The translations under genes and the position numbers were made by a program. The notes beneath the pieces are model-generated. The model was given only the letters and a program-made list of their open reading frames with translations. It was not told where the DNA came from and did not search any database. From a virus (Duplodnaviria; Caudoviricetes), in IMG/VR virus record IMGVR_UViG_3300025701_000014, positions 1 through 55,423 of that record: 55,423 nt of DNA. One strand, 5' to 3'. Shown here one piece after another: positions 35,837 to 45,638 of this stretch; position 1 is the stretch's first letter; every line of letters starts with the position of its first letter.

Positions 35837-36315
35837 TATATCACTCCTCTCACACCATACCTGATGGTGCAGTCGTATTGTTTTTGTAGAAAGGTAACAT
35901 AGTCTTTTGAGTAGGACTCGGAGTGTGCAGTATCTGCTCTCCAGTCTGACCCACCATGTAACCTAACGTGTTCAATCATGTAGTCAAAACATTCCTTGAC
36001 TGTCTTTGCGTTCGCAAGCTTCCCTGCTCTGTAGTTCACAATCATATCCTTCACATCCATAACGGGTCTACCGCAGTACTGTTCAATGTACGTACTACAT
36101 AACATAAAGCCCAGCATACCTCCGTCTTCATCTACGCTCTTGATAGCTAGGTAATTCGGATCACCCCCTTGTGCTTTTGATAGGATTTCTAGGAACCCAT
36201 TAAGCCAGTACGCCTCGTTCCGTTCTGGATACGCTGTATAATCATCCTCTTCAAGTGAGGCTTTCATAACAGTCATTGCTTCAAACACATCATTTGAACA
36301 CATTAGTTTTATCAT
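35836..36315 (-). CDS. Putative GNAT-fold virion assembly protein
   Basis: GGMLGFMLC strand pattern; position equivalent to T7 gp13 / P22 gp14. Confidence 0.45.
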   Translation of the reverse strand: MIKLMCSNDVFEAMTVMKASLEEDDYTAYPERNEAYWLNGFLEILSKAQGGDPNYLAIKSVDEDGGMLGFMLCSTYIEQYCGRPVMDVKDMIVNYRAGKLANAKTVKECFDYMIEHVRLHGGSDWRADTAHSESYSKDYVTFLQKQYDCTIRYGVRGVI

Positions 36316-36333
36316 CTTGTCCTCTCATTGTAC

Positions 36334-36777
36334 TTATGGCGTTGTTGGCCACACTATACTATCTAGTTCTGTTTCAGCAGAATAAACCTCGGGAAGATCC
36401 CTTAGGGTTTGCCGGTAAACAGCCCATTTATTTTTAGCTTCAGTTGATAATGGAGCATCTGGTAGTTGCGTCCAATCACAAACACCAAGCAAGTTATTAC
36501 GAACTAGGCGTATGTGCGCTGCAAACCTATCTGCATTGAAGACCCAAGCAGTACCATCCCAGTCTTGCCATGCGCTTGATCTTGCTTCCCGGGTGTACCA
36601 TTTATTATCTTTGTAGTATTTAGTTTGCATTAATGTTTGGACATCCGTATCAATGCCAACAGCAACTGCAAGTAGTCCATTGTATAGATTACCTTCAATG
36701 TAATCTGAGTCACTCCCCGGAGATACGACATGCCGCACCTCTCCGTTATCTGCAATAAAAGCATATTGTGTTGCCAT
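36334..36777 (-). CDS. Tail fibre assembly chaperone
   Basis: IRLVRNNLLGVCDWTQLPDAPL...WAVYRQTLRDLP...IVWP. Confidence 0.85.
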   Translation of the reverse strand: MATQYAFIADNGEVRHVVSPGSDSDYIEGNLYNGLLAVAVGIDTDVQTLMQTKYYKDNKWYTREARSSAWQDWDGTAWVFNADRFAAHIRLVRNNLLGVCDWTQLPDAPLSTEAKNKWAVYRQTLRDLPEVYSAETELDSIVWPTTP

Positions 36778-36788
36778 TTTATAACCTC

Positions 36789-37514
36789 TTAGTTTGGATC
36801 ATACACTATCATATAAGAAAACTCTGCACCCGAACCCGGAACCGGTTGCCCATCTTGGAGCACTGCGTTCTGCGCCACAATCTTCTTAGGTGAAGCATTC
36901 GGGTAAAAGTTATAGAGTGTTTGAATAGTCCACGCTGGGAAAATAAAGTTCGCTGGGTAGACAACTGAAGTTGTGCTATTTACTACGACATATATCCTAT
37001 TGAAGGAAAGCTCTGGTGGGCACTCATAGGTGAACGTTTCATTCTGGTTTAGAACACCTTGCGCTAATACCTTAACACTTGTTGATCTTGTTGCAGAAAA
37101 GAGAATAGTAGTCCCATCAGTTTTATAAACATCCAACCCTTGCTCTCCCGGAGAAGGTCCGGGGATATTACCTGCTTGTGTTCTTACAAGAGCAGTAACA
37201 ATACCTGACAAGTTAGCCCACTCGTATGTGTATCCAGCATCTTGAATTATTTTAGATCCATAGAAACTTTCACCAGCAGCTACCACACGACCTCTTGAGA
37301 TTGGAACGTAAGCGTTAACACCAGTGCCAACAGTAGTTGGGGAATCTACTGGCCTTGCAAGGATCAAATCACCTGCAACAAAAGCAGAAGGTGGGTACTC
37401 CATAGCACTGTAAGCACTGTTTGTTATGCTTGTTATATATGTATTTGGTGCAACCTCATCCGAGTCAATTTGTTTCCTACCATCTGCATTAAATACTTGT
37501 AATCCATAGCTCAT
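36789..37514 (-). CDS. Tail tip-associated protein
   Basis: MSYGLQVFNADG N-terminus and internal GLDVYKTDG repeat. Confidence 0.6.
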   Translation of the reverse strand: MSYGLQVFNADGRKQIDSDEVAPNTYITSITNSAYSAMEYPPSAFVAGDLILARPVDSPTTVGTGVNAYVPISRGRVVAAGESFYGSKIIQDAGYTYEWANLSGIVTALVRTQAGNIPGPSPGEQGLDVYKTDGTTILFSATRSTSVKVLAQGVLNQNETFTYECPPELSFNRIYVVVNSTTSVVYPANFIFPAWTIQTLYNFYPNASPKKIVAQNAVLQDGQPVPGSGAEFSYMIVYDPN

Positions 37515-37516
37515 AG

Positions 37517-37840
37517 TTATGTCCTGAAAATATAATAAGTAACATCTATTGTACTTGGGTTGGTTTGACCGAAAGGGTTGTAGCCCTCTGCTACAGTGAT
37601 TCTTAAGTTATTAACTTGTTTGATTGAAGATACTTCAATACTGTTAAACTGAAACACTGAACCTAAAAAGCTGAGGGCCACACCCCATGTATCGTTGTTT
37701 GCCATTCCGGTCACCGGGATATCAACATAACCATTAAAAGGAACTGTAACAGTCCCGTGAGAAACAAACCGAGTGAGCCTATCCGATATGGTTATAATCT
37801 TAGTTCCGCTAGCATTGTATACTTCTAATCCGTAAGACAT
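37517..37840 (-). CDS. Tail tip-associated protein
   Basis: MSYGLEVYNASG N-terminus, paralogous to the neighbouring gene. Confidence 0.6.
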   Translation of the reverse strand: MSYGLEVYNASGTKIITISDRLTRFVSHGTVTVPFNGYVDIPVTGMANNDTWGVALSFLGSVFQFNSIEVSSIKQVNNLRITVAEGYNPFGQTNPSTIDVTYYIFRT

Positions 37841-40701
37841 TAAACTAAGCTCCCAAGTTTAACCCTCAGTGTAGTTGCATCATAGATCTTTATAGTCTGA
37901 GATGAAATCTCCATCCTTGCACCAGAAGCTGCTGACCTGACATAAAGACCTGACGGTGATGTGCCAGATATATTAACCAAGCTAACATCAACAGTTCCTG
38001 TCTTCAACAGGCCACCATCGATTGTTGTAATCTTGGTACTGTTGGGGTCTGCAAACTCATTGTTAAGATTAGAAAAGGTAACCAAACCTTCAAACACAAA
38101 AGATGAAAACGGTGTAGAAAAGATAATCGTTTGAGAACCACCGAAGGTTGTCTCTGCAACATAGTAAGCAGTTGCCCAATAGTGAGCATCACCACCGCTG
38201 ATTGCTGGTGGGGTTCTAGACCAGTTGGCAGTTAGCCCACCAAAACTTGCAGTAGCAAAGTTATAACTAGTTGCTGAAGGGGTCGCTGGTGTACTTGTAG
38301 CAGTCAAAGAGTAATAGATGTAGCCGTGTGCAGTACGAGGGCCAGTGGCTCCCGTATCGCCAGCAGGTCCTGTAGGCCCTGTAGGGCCAGTGGGTCCTGT
38401 AGGTCCCGTAGGTCCAGTCGGCCCAATCTCTCCGGGTTCGCCGTCTTGCACAAGCTTAGTGACAGCAGACCACGTAAGCGTTGTATCAGTACCTGTAGTA
38501 CCGTTAACACTTGCTGTAGTTGTTGCTGTCCACAAGGGATCTGTGCTTTCTGGAGGACTGCTGTACCACCCTGTTGGGGGTACAATTGTATTTGTACCAA
38601 AGTTATAGCTGCCACCAATAGGTGCCGCTGGCAATGTTGGCCCACGTTTAAAGATTGAAAACTTAAACACAGACTGACCGTTAGTGCCATCGATACCACT
38701 CTTAGCTTGAAGTACCGGTGAGGACCATGTTGGGTTACTTGAAGTACCCGTGTCTCCCAAGATGGAGAAAGTAGCAAGGCTAATGTATAGAGGATCAGTT
38801 CCGGGTGGAGGTACGTCTGACCATCCCGTAGGTGGTGTTAGTACATTTGTCCCAAAGTTAAAACTACCACCGGTAGGTGTAGTTGTAATTTCTGTAAGGC
38901 TTCTTTTAAACACATAAGCTTCAAACACAGAACGTGCAGAGTTACCGTCAATACCATCTTGGTACGCCCTTGCAGGTGTGCCCCAAGGTATTAGTGAATC
39001 TGTTCCTGTATTCCCCAATACACTTGCAAGACCGATACTAACATACACCGGGTCAGTTCCAGTTGGTATTGTGCTACTCCAAGTAGATGGTGTGGAGAGG
39101 AAAGAGTTACTGAAGTTAAAGCTACCACCAACGGGTGCCTCGGTTAACTCTGTCGCACTTCTCTTATAGATGTTAAGGACGGCTGTTGAAACACCAGAGG
39201 TGCCATCAATACCATCAACACCATTAGATGCTAAAACTTCTGGTACGGTCCATGTCAAACTACTATCAACACCTGTTGGGCCTGACACACTGGCTGTTGT
39301 CGAGGACACATACAAGTCATCCTCACCCGCAGGGACAGTGGTAGACCACCCTACAGGTGGCTCAGCAAAGTTACTTCCAAAATCATAACTACCGCCAGTG
39401 GGTGCTGTGGTTATGGGTAAGGCGCTTCTTCTAAACACATTGTACAAGTATACGCTATTGCCATCAGTTCCCGGAGCACCATCTAGACCATCTTCAAAAG
39501 ACTTAGTTGGTGTTGACCAACTTGTAGAAGTATCAATACCAACTTGACCTACAATACTAAAGATACCGCTTATCATCCATGCAGGGTCAGTACCTGTAGG
39601 TATGTCTACAAACCAGCCATCTGGTGGTGTAAGGGTATTAGTGCCAAAGTTAAACTCACCACCTGTTGGTGTTGCTGGTTGCGTTGCGTCTCGTCTAAAA
39701 GCGAAAGCCTCAAAGTAAGAGCTACCTAATGCACCATCAATACCATCAGTTCCATTTTGAAATGCTAACTCAGCAGGGGACCATGTAATGTCACTATCAG
39801 TTCCTGTTTGCCCAATCGTTGTAGCAATCGCACGGCTGATATAGACTGGGTCAGTTCCCGGCGGAATACCAACGTACCAATCAGTTGGTGGGGTTAACGT
39901 AGTTGTACCAAAGTTGTAGCTCCCTGTCTCAGGTGTAAGGGGTACTGTTGTAGATCTCTTGTAGACTACAAGTAATGCTGTACTAACACCATTAGTTCCA
40001 TCAGTACCATCAACACCATCGAACACAAGTTTAGTCACCGTCCACTCAGTATCTGGGATAACATGAGTACCTGTTCGGTCTGCTGCTACAGCTGTAGCTA
40101 GCCAAAGAGTACTACCACTACCAACATTATTAAGGTCAGACCAACCGTCATTCGTAACTGTCCGTGTGTATGTGCCATCTGCAAAGGTATATGTTAAAGA
40201 GCCTAAAGGTGATGCCGGAGTAGTCCCGGCAGTCCTTTGGTAAAGTGTAACAACTGCTGTGTTAAACCCATCTAGTCCAGCCGTGTTAGCTGTTGCAATT
40301 AGTGCAGGCTCTGACCAACTGTCGAAAGAGATCACCTCTGTGTCCACCACATCAGCAATGTTTACTTGTATCGCAAAGAGATAATCCCCAACCGACACAT
40401 CAGGTATCGACCTGTACCACCCACCGAAGTTCGTAGTAGAGCTAGTTTCCGAATTAGTAAGTGTTGTTGTGGAATACGTGTAGACTGTCTCTACAGCTAT
40501 CTGCTCTTCAAATGGTAACGTTGACGCTGAGTACCTTTTATAAAGAACAAGTGTTACTGCATTGATTGCATTGCTTGCTGAACCAACAAAGGCAGCAGCT
40601 TGAGCCGCAATCTGTGAGCTAGTCGTAACACCGTTACTCACTTCATTCATCCAACTGTCTAGTTGAACGTCTCCTGTTACGGGTGGTCTAATAATAGTCA
40701 T
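37840..40701 (-). CDS. Repeat-rich tail fibre/spike protein with collagen-like linkers
   Basis: About nine ~88-aa domains separated by GxDG triplets; 12 Gly-X-Y triplets at 38335-38442; C-terminal LRVKLG. Confidence 0.75.
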   Translation of the reverse strand: MTIIRPPVTGDVQLDSWMNEVSNGVTTSSQIAAQAAAFVGSASNAINAVTLVLYKRYSASTLPFEEQIAVETVYTYSTTTLTNSETSSTTNFGGWYRSIPDVSVGDYLFAIQVNIADVVDTEVISFDSWSEPALIATANTAGLDGFNTAVVTLYQRTAGTTPASPLGSLTYTFADGTYTRTVTNDGWSDLNNVGSGSTLWLATAVAADRTGTHVIPDTEWTVTKLVFDGVDGTDGTNGVSTALLVVYKRSTTVPLTPETGSYNFGTTTLTPPTDWYVGIPPGTDPVYISRAIATTIGQTGTDSDITWSPAELAFQNGTDGIDGALGSSYFEAFAFRRDATQPATPTGGEFNFGTNTLTPPDGWFVDIPTGTDPAWMISGIFSIVGQVGIDTSTSWSTPTKSFEDGLDGAPGTDGNSVYLYNVFRRSALPITTAPTGGSYDFGSNFAEPPVGWSTTVPAGEDDLYVSSTTASVSGPTGVDSSLTWTVPEVLASNGVDGIDGTSGVSTAVLNIYKRSATELTEAPVGGSFNFSNSFLSTPSTWSSTIPTGTDPVYVSIGLASVLGNTGTDSLIPWGTPARAYQDGIDGNSARSVFEAYVFKRSLTEITTTPTGGSFNFGTNVLTPPTGWSDVPPPGTDPLYISLATFSILGDTGTSSNPTWSSPVLQAKSGIDGTNGQSVFKFSIFKRGPTLPAAPIGGSYNFGTNTIVPPTGWYSSPPESTDPLWTATTTASVNGTTGTDTTLTWSAVTKLVQDGEPGEIGPTGPTGPTGPTGPTGPTGPAGDTGATGPRTAHGYIYYSLTATSTPATPSATSYNFATASFGGLTANWSRTPPAISGGDAHYWATAYYVAETTFGGSQTIIFSTPFSSFVFEGLVTFSNLNNEFADPNSTKITTIDGGLLKTGTVDVSLVNISGTSPSGLYVRSAASGARMEISSQTIKIYDATTLRVKLGSLV

Positions 40702-42869
40702 TACCTACGACCTCCTTTCTTGACCTCTAGTTGAATGCCAGATATTTTCCAGTTATCTCCCACATTAGCTTCATCAGTAATTCTGTAGCTAAGCAGCCTG
40801 CCTGTTAATCTCGCATCTGTTTTATAATCACTACCGATAGTAAACAATGGGTTTGTGCTGTTACCAGCAACACCATTACCTGTTAACGGGTTAGATGTAA
40901 GGGACGCACCGGGTGCATCTGTAGATCTAAACCTTAATCTTATTGGAAGCTCAGCATCGATATCCTTACCCGCCCAGAGTGCAACAGAGGACAGTGACTC
41001 TACATCAAACTCAGGGTTCATCGGGGCTTCTAAACGCTCAACATAAGACTCATAATTAGCATTGTTTATATCAGTATACTTGTTATTAAAGTCTGCACCA
41101 TACACATCACCATTAAGAACAAACAACGGTCTTGAAACGCTGGGATCTATTGTGTCAGACAATGTACCATTGTTGTAAAGGAACTTGGTGTACCCTGAGA
41201 TTCCATAAGAAGCCTCAGTCATCACTCTTCGAGACCACACATTATCTTCATAGTTAAAGACCAGTATCTCATTTAAGTTACCAATAGAGGATAGTAGATT
41301 TGGGAAACAAACCCAAAGCTCATCGTCTGCTGTGTTGTTAAGGATAATTGTATAAGCTGCATATGTTGGGTTTATATTATCAAAGAAGTAATCTCGGACC
41401 CTGTTGTTAGAAATAGACTTAATACTTGCAGGATGCCCAGAGAACTGATAGATGTCATCAGACCCAATTACAATATGTGTACCTTTAAATTCATGAACCA
41501 TGTCTATACCCAAAGCACCATGCGTTGAACTGACAATACTTGAGATGTACGGTGTCAAGGTGCTTGAGGTTTTACTTAAAGCATGGATAGAGTTATTTGT
41601 ATAAACATAAAGGTTGCCTTGCATTTGAACAAGGTCTTGAATAATACCTGTGGTGGAAAGAGTGAACTCTTCCGCTGTGGATACACCAGCGCTGTACGGG
41701 TTCCAGTTGTGTGGGATAGCACCTGCTTCAGCAACATCAGAGATTCTAACAACCCCCGGTTGATTCCGTATAGCTGTACCACTACTTAAGATTGTGTACC
41801 GTGTGCTTGAGTATGTACCTGTAGGTAAATCATCAACAGTAACTTGAGTAGTACTGTTAACGTTATTAACTGTGTATCTCCCCTTAGCAAACGAAGGAGA
41901 GTTTATTTGGATCACATCACCAATAGATAGTCCATGCTCAGATGCAAAAGCAAGTGTGTTGTTTACATCATTAACACTAGCAACAGTAGGTGCATTAATC
42001 TCAATTAAATTACCAGCAACTAAAACATCACCCCAAGATCTGATAACACCTGCTCGAACCTGAACAGTTGCAATAGATCTGATACTGATAACAACAGTGT
42101 CGCCAGACTTTAAGAACTCTGTAAAGGCAGGGATGCCACCGGGTGCTGTTGCAATAGTTACGATATGTGTGTTTGTAGTTGGGTCTAAAGAAGTAGTCGC
42201 TTGAGCAACAGTAGTAACGCTAGTCAATGTAACAGAAAACTTAGTGCTGCTATTTACACTACTTAAAACTGTAACTACAACTTCTTCTAAATCAAAGTTA
42301 ACAGTACGGCCTAGGTCAAACTCGGCAACATGAAGACCAGCATCAAACACGTCATTCAGTGCTTCTTCATTTGTATAGTAAGAATCCCAACCCGGAAGCT
42401 CAAAAGCATCAAGGGTTGTCATGTCTGTATTACCAGTTGCGTCAAGGACATACCACGGTCGAGCTACACCGTTGTTCAATACAACAGCATAACCACCTTG
42501 GAAAACTGTGTGTTGCCAGACACCCCCAGTGGGTACTTCGATTCCTAAAAACCTTGTGTTACCATCACTAGCCCTGAGAGCGTATGCACGATCAAGGGTT
42601 CCATCAGTAGCAACTACAACGTAGTAGCCATCAGTGGGTGTCAGGTTTGGGTTTGCCCAATCAACGATGTGTATCAGATTACCTACAATTGGGTCTCCAG
42701 AGTAAGCCGTAAATAACTTTGCTTCCCCGGGCATCTTTTCCACACAACCATTATTAAACCTAACATTAAGTACGTCACTGAAAGCGTTGGTAGGTAATGC
42801 AATAGCAGGCGTGTCTTTAACTAATCCAACAGTGTTTAGTCCTACAATAGGGACAACTTGCTCTGTCAT
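40701..42869 (-). CDS. Tail nozzle / stabilisation protein (P22 gp10 or tail tubular B-like)
   Basis: 722 aa beta-rich, NVRF near the N-terminus, FNYEDNVWS, C-terminal GGRR. Confidence 0.7.
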   Translation of the reverse strand: MTEQVVPIVGLNTVGLVKDTPAIALPTNAFSDVLNVRFNNGCVEKMPGEAKLFTAYSGDPIVGNLIHIVDWANPNLTPTDGYYVVVATDGTLDRAYALRASDGNTRFLGIEVPTGGVWQHTVFQGGYAVVLNNGVARPWYVLDATGNTDMTTLDAFELPGWDSYYTNEEALNDVFDAGLHVAEFDLGRTVNFDLEEVVVTVLSSVNSSTKFSVTLTSVTTVAQATTSLDPTTNTHIVTIATAPGGIPAFTEFLKSGDTVVISIRSIATVQVRAGVIRSWGDVLVAGNLIEINAPTVASVNDVNNTLAFASEHGLSIGDVIQINSPSFAKGRYTVNNVNSTTQVTVDDLPTGTYSSTRYTILSSGTAIRNQPGVVRISDVAEAGAIPHNWNPYSAGVSTAEEFTLSTTGIIQDLVQMQGNLYVYTNNSIHALSKTSSTLTPYISSIVSSTHGALGIDMVHEFKGTHIVIGSDDIYQFSGHPASIKSISNNRVRDYFFDNINPTYAAYTIILNNTADDELWVCFPNLLSSIGNLNEILVFNYEDNVWSRRVMTEASYGISGYTKFLYNNGTLSDTIDPSVSRPLFVLNGDVYGADFNNKYTDINNANYESYVERLEAPMNPEFDVESLSSVALWAGKDIDAELPIRLRFRSTDAPGASLTSNPLTGNGVAGNSTNPLFTIGSDYKTDARLTGRLLSYRITDEANVGDNWKISGIQLEVKKGGRR

Positions 42870-42916
42870 TGGATACCTCCATAATTACTTATTATCATTA
42901 ATGTTCCCCCTCTCGT

Positions 42917-42938
42917 CCTATAGGGACTAGCGAGAATT
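42917..42938 (-). promoter_or_regulatory. T7-style promoter motif B (AATTCTCGCTAGTCCCTATAGG) driving nozzle, tail, ejection and second RNAP genes
   Basis: In an 86-nt intergenic gap, oriented toward the ATG at 42869. Confidence 0.78.
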
Positions 42939-42955
42939 GTTTATATTACAGTACC

Positions 42956-43360
42956 TTAGTGTTTACCATGGACACCCTTGGCTTTCTCTACAGTTCTCAT
43001 AGCGCCAAGACCAAGCATACCTAGAAGTACTGGCATCATCTCAGAGAGTTCTATAAGAGGTACCACTATGTTTGTGTTAGTCATTGCTAGTATGAAATTT
43101 GTAATAGGGACTACGATAAAATTACTTGCCATGCCAAGACAGCAAACCCAACCAACGGCTGGTCTCCAACCTGCAACGAATAAATTCTTGTGAGCTGCTT
43201 CAACCTTATTAACTTCTAGTTGTGCAGCTGATAACTCTTGTGCGTGTTTCTCTGCCATCGTTGCAAGTTCAAAAGCAATGGCATTCTTTTTATCTTTGTC
43301 TTCAATAAACTTATCTAGTAGCCCAGTAACTGGACCAATTAAAGCTGTTAGTAATTGCAT
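42956..43360 (-). CDS. Holin (3TM / GTA-holin-like)
   Basis: FVAGWRPAVGWVC and LLGMLGLGAMRTVEK motifs, adjacent to the lysozyme. Confidence 0.85.
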   Translation of the reverse strand: MQLLTALIGPVTGLLDKFIEDKDKKNAIAFELATMAEKHAQELSAAQLEVNKVEAAHKNLFVAGWRPAVGWVCCLGMASNFIVVPITNFILAMTNTNIVVPLIELSEMMPVLLGMLGLGAMRTVEKAKGVHGKH

Positions 43361-43839
43361 TAGTAACCTCCATAGTAGTCAAGCATATTTCCAGTCTCTA
43401 TCATGAGGGAGTGTCGTAGTGCTCGACTGGGTGTTTGTTTAGCCCATCGGCTATCCAACATTTCCTTAGAGGCTTCTTTATAACTCCCAACTTTTAACGC
43501 TGTTATCATATTCTTAAAGTTAAGAACACCCCTGATACCTAGCTGGTACGCCATAGAGGTCATTACAGCCTCTCTAACGGGGTTTAGCTCAAACCCACCC
43601 TCTAGTACTGGTGTGGACCTAAGATCCATTAAACAGCCATATACGAACTCCTGTAGCCATAAGCGGGCTACGTTCTCAGGCATTGGTGGGAAATCACGAA
43701 AGTCTGACAAGGGTTGGTCCTTATACCCCACACGTAAACCATAGCCTACTGTAGGATATCCTTCGGAACACTTGTATACATTCTTCCTGAAACCTTCTTC
43801 TGTTTTTATAATACTTATTGCAAGTGTTAAAACATCCAT
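43360..43839 (-). CDS. Endolysin, GH24 (T4-lysozyme-like)
   Basis: EEGFRKNVYKCSEGYPTVGYG (E-x8-C-x5-T), MAYQLG, MLDSRWAKQTPSRA. Confidence 0.92.
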   Translation of the reverse strand: MDVLTLAISIIKTEEGFRKNVYKCSEGYPTVGYGLRVGYKDQPLSDFRDFPPMPENVARLWLQEFVYGCLMDLRSTPVLEGGFELNPVREAVMTSMAYQLGIRGVLNFKNMITALKVGSYKEASKEMLDSRWAKQTPSRALRHSLMIETGNMLDYYGGY

Positions 43840-43843
43840 CTTA

Positions 43844-44116
43844 TTATTCTCTAAACAAAAAAGTGACTAATGAAATTAATGCGATTGCAAGAGACCAGAA
43901 TAACTTATCTGCAAAACTAGCAACCCCAGCATTTCTTTTTGTTAAATCCGAAATGTTCTGTATTTCAATATCCATTTTATCAAGTTGGGTTTCTAATCGA
44001 TCTAATCTCTTATCGTTAGCTAAGAGCTTTTCCTCAACCCTAGCAATCTCTGTGACTGCATCTGTCAGCTTATCTATCTTTGACTCTAGTCGGTCAAACC
44101 TGTGTTCATCACCCAT
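43844..44116 (-). CDS. Coiled-coil protein with C-terminal TM helix (lysis-associated)
   Basis: Heptad pattern followed by LFWSLAIALISLVTFLF. Confidence 0.6.
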   Translation of the reverse strand: MGDEHRFDRLESKIDKLTDAVTEIARVEEKLLANDKRLDRLETQLDKMDIEIQNISDLTKRNAGVASFADKLFWSLAIALISLVTFLFRE

Positions 44117-44149
44117 ATTATTTACTCTTGTTGAGGGTTAGTTGTGTGT

Positions 44150-44175
44150 AAAGAAAGGGGCCACTTGGACCCCTT
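44150..44175 (-). terminator. Terminator-like hairpin before the lysis cassette
   Basis: Minus strand AAGGGGTCC-AAGT-GGCCCCTT followed by TCTTT. Confidence 0.6.
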
Positions 44176-44194
44176 GTAATTACCCCTAGGTGCT

Positions 44195-44398
44195 TTAAGA
44201 GTCTTCTAGCTCTTTCTTAAGCATTTCTAGAAAAGCACCCTTGCCAACAGATAATTGGTCTAAGTTAAAAGCTGTTGAGTTAATCTTTCGATCTAAATCA
44301 GCAACGTGGCTAACCAGTGCTTGTTGTTTTTCTGTCATATCTTCGTAGATGTATTCAACATCATCAATCGTAATGGTGTTTGTTTTTTTCTCAGCCAT
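44195..44398 (-). CDS. Hypothetical protein
   Basis: AAGGA RBS; ITIDDVEY followed by a coiled coil. Confidence 0.75.
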   Translation of the reverse strand: MAEKKTNTITIDDVEYIYEDMTEKQQALVSHVADLDRKINSTAFNLDQLSVGKGAFLEMLKKELEDS

Positions 44399-44424
44399 GT
44401 TAGATTTCCTTTATTAATTTTAGT

Positions 44425-44781
44425 TTAGTTACAAGTTACCCAAGGTACTCCGGCAGTATGCTTTACCATAGTTCCCATACCAAGGGTAGCAATAATATCA
44501 TTCTCGACTAATTGTTTTTGTGTAGCACCATCACCTCTGCCTGAATCAACATCCATAGCGGCGTGCAGCCATCCAATAACAATTTCTTCCGTAAGGTCTT
44601 CCCATCCGGTAAAGTTGCTTTCGTCTAAGCTATCAATATTAAGCAGGGTATTACCGTATGACCTGCCAAAGCTGCCAAGCTCATCAGTTGCGGATGCATA
44701 CCAAAAAACATTCTTCACAACATTAGATAATCCGTTGTGAGATGCCTGCATTTCTATATTTAATATTTTCCAATCAATCAT
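44425..44781 (-). CDS. Tail-fibre-associated hypothetical protein
   Basis: WEDLTEEIVIGW and C-terminal GVPW motifs; position after the fibre gene. Confidence 0.65.
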   Translation of the reverse strand: MIDWKILNIEMQASHNGLSNVVKNVFWYASATDELGSFGRSYGNTLLNIDSLDESNFTGWEDLTEEIVIGWLHAAMDVDSGRGDGATQKQLVENDIIATLGMGTMVKHTAGVPWVTCN

Positions 44782-44784
44782 AAT

Positions 44785-45351
44785 TTATGTCCATGTTGCA
44801 GTTACCACTTGGCCTACGCTACTAAAGGGGTTCTCTACTCCAGACCAAGCCCACACCGAGAAGGTGGAGAGCTGGTTAAATTGACTTGCAGCAGCTCTTC
44901 CTAAAGACAGGCCACCAACAGTTAATGTAGACCACCCGGAATTAGATATTGATGCTGGGGTTCCCAGTTGAAAGTATTGAAACAGTCCATTTGAAAAGTT
45001 GTTACTCCACATAAGGCCTTGTATAGTTTGCCCCCCATAGATATTGGATGTTCCATCTGATAAGGAACCTAGGCTCCATACAGAATAATACCCCCAGCGT
45101 TGCTGGTAATATTGAAAGGAGCTTCCGACCGTTATCGTCTGCTGGTCAAGATAGGGTGGCGGTGCCGTATGCCCACGGAAATTCCATAAGCTGATAGCGC
45201 CGCTTGTAGGTATAGCGCCGTTATACCCACCAGAGCCAGAGGGGACAATCCCACCGCCAGCATAGTAGTCGCCCAGCCTTACAGGGTTGCCTTGACCATA
45301 CTCATCCCTAAGCATGGCAAGGCTTATTTCGCCAGTTGTTGGCAGAGTCAT
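44785..45351 (-). CDS. Putative fibre-tip adhesin
   Basis: MTLPTTGEISL and IPTSGAISLWNFRG attachment-like N-domain; aromatic/Ser/Gly-rich C-domain. Confidence 0.6.
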   Translation of the reverse strand: MTLPTTGEISLAMLRDEYGQGNPVRLGDYYAGGGIVPSGSGGYNGAIPTSGAISLWNFRGHTAPPPYLDQQTITVGSSFQYYQQRWGYYSVWSLGSLSDGTSNIYGGQTIQGLMWSNNFSNGLFQYFQLGTPASISNSGWSTLTVGGLSLGRAAASQFNQLSTFSVWAWSGVENPFSSVGQVVTATWT

Positions 45352-45626
45352 TAAGAAATAACACCGCAGGCGATTTTATTCGCTACGCCGTTACCTACTT
45401 CACCAACCCGAACGAGTGTCGCTTCGTGGTCGTAAGCACCGTCCGCATCAAAGCATACATTCACGTGGCGCTCGTGTACGCATCCAGAATCGGCGCAGGT
45501 AAATTTAACCTTTATATCTCGGCAAGCTGATTCAGTAGTGACAGTCTGCCCCTCGTTTTCTGGGTCTGGCATTTCGGTTGATCGAGTGCCCGTGTACTCT
45601 TCAAGTAGTTCGTATGTTACTGACAT
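45351..45626 (-). CDS. Tail-fibre-associated hypothetical protein
   Basis: AAGGAG RBS; TAATG coupling to the next gene. Confidence 0.7.
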   Translation of the reverse strand: MSVTYELLEEYTGTRSTEMPDPENEGQTVTTESACRDIKVKFTCADSGCVHERHVNVCFDADGAYDHEATLVRVGEVGNGVANKIACGVIS

Positions 45627-45638
45627 TACTTATTCTCC

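Noticed and set aside
43105-43116. Partial motif B match (TCGTAGTCCCTATT on the - strand) inside the holin gene
   Set aside because: It has a one-base gap, lacks the TATAGG end and lies in coding sequence
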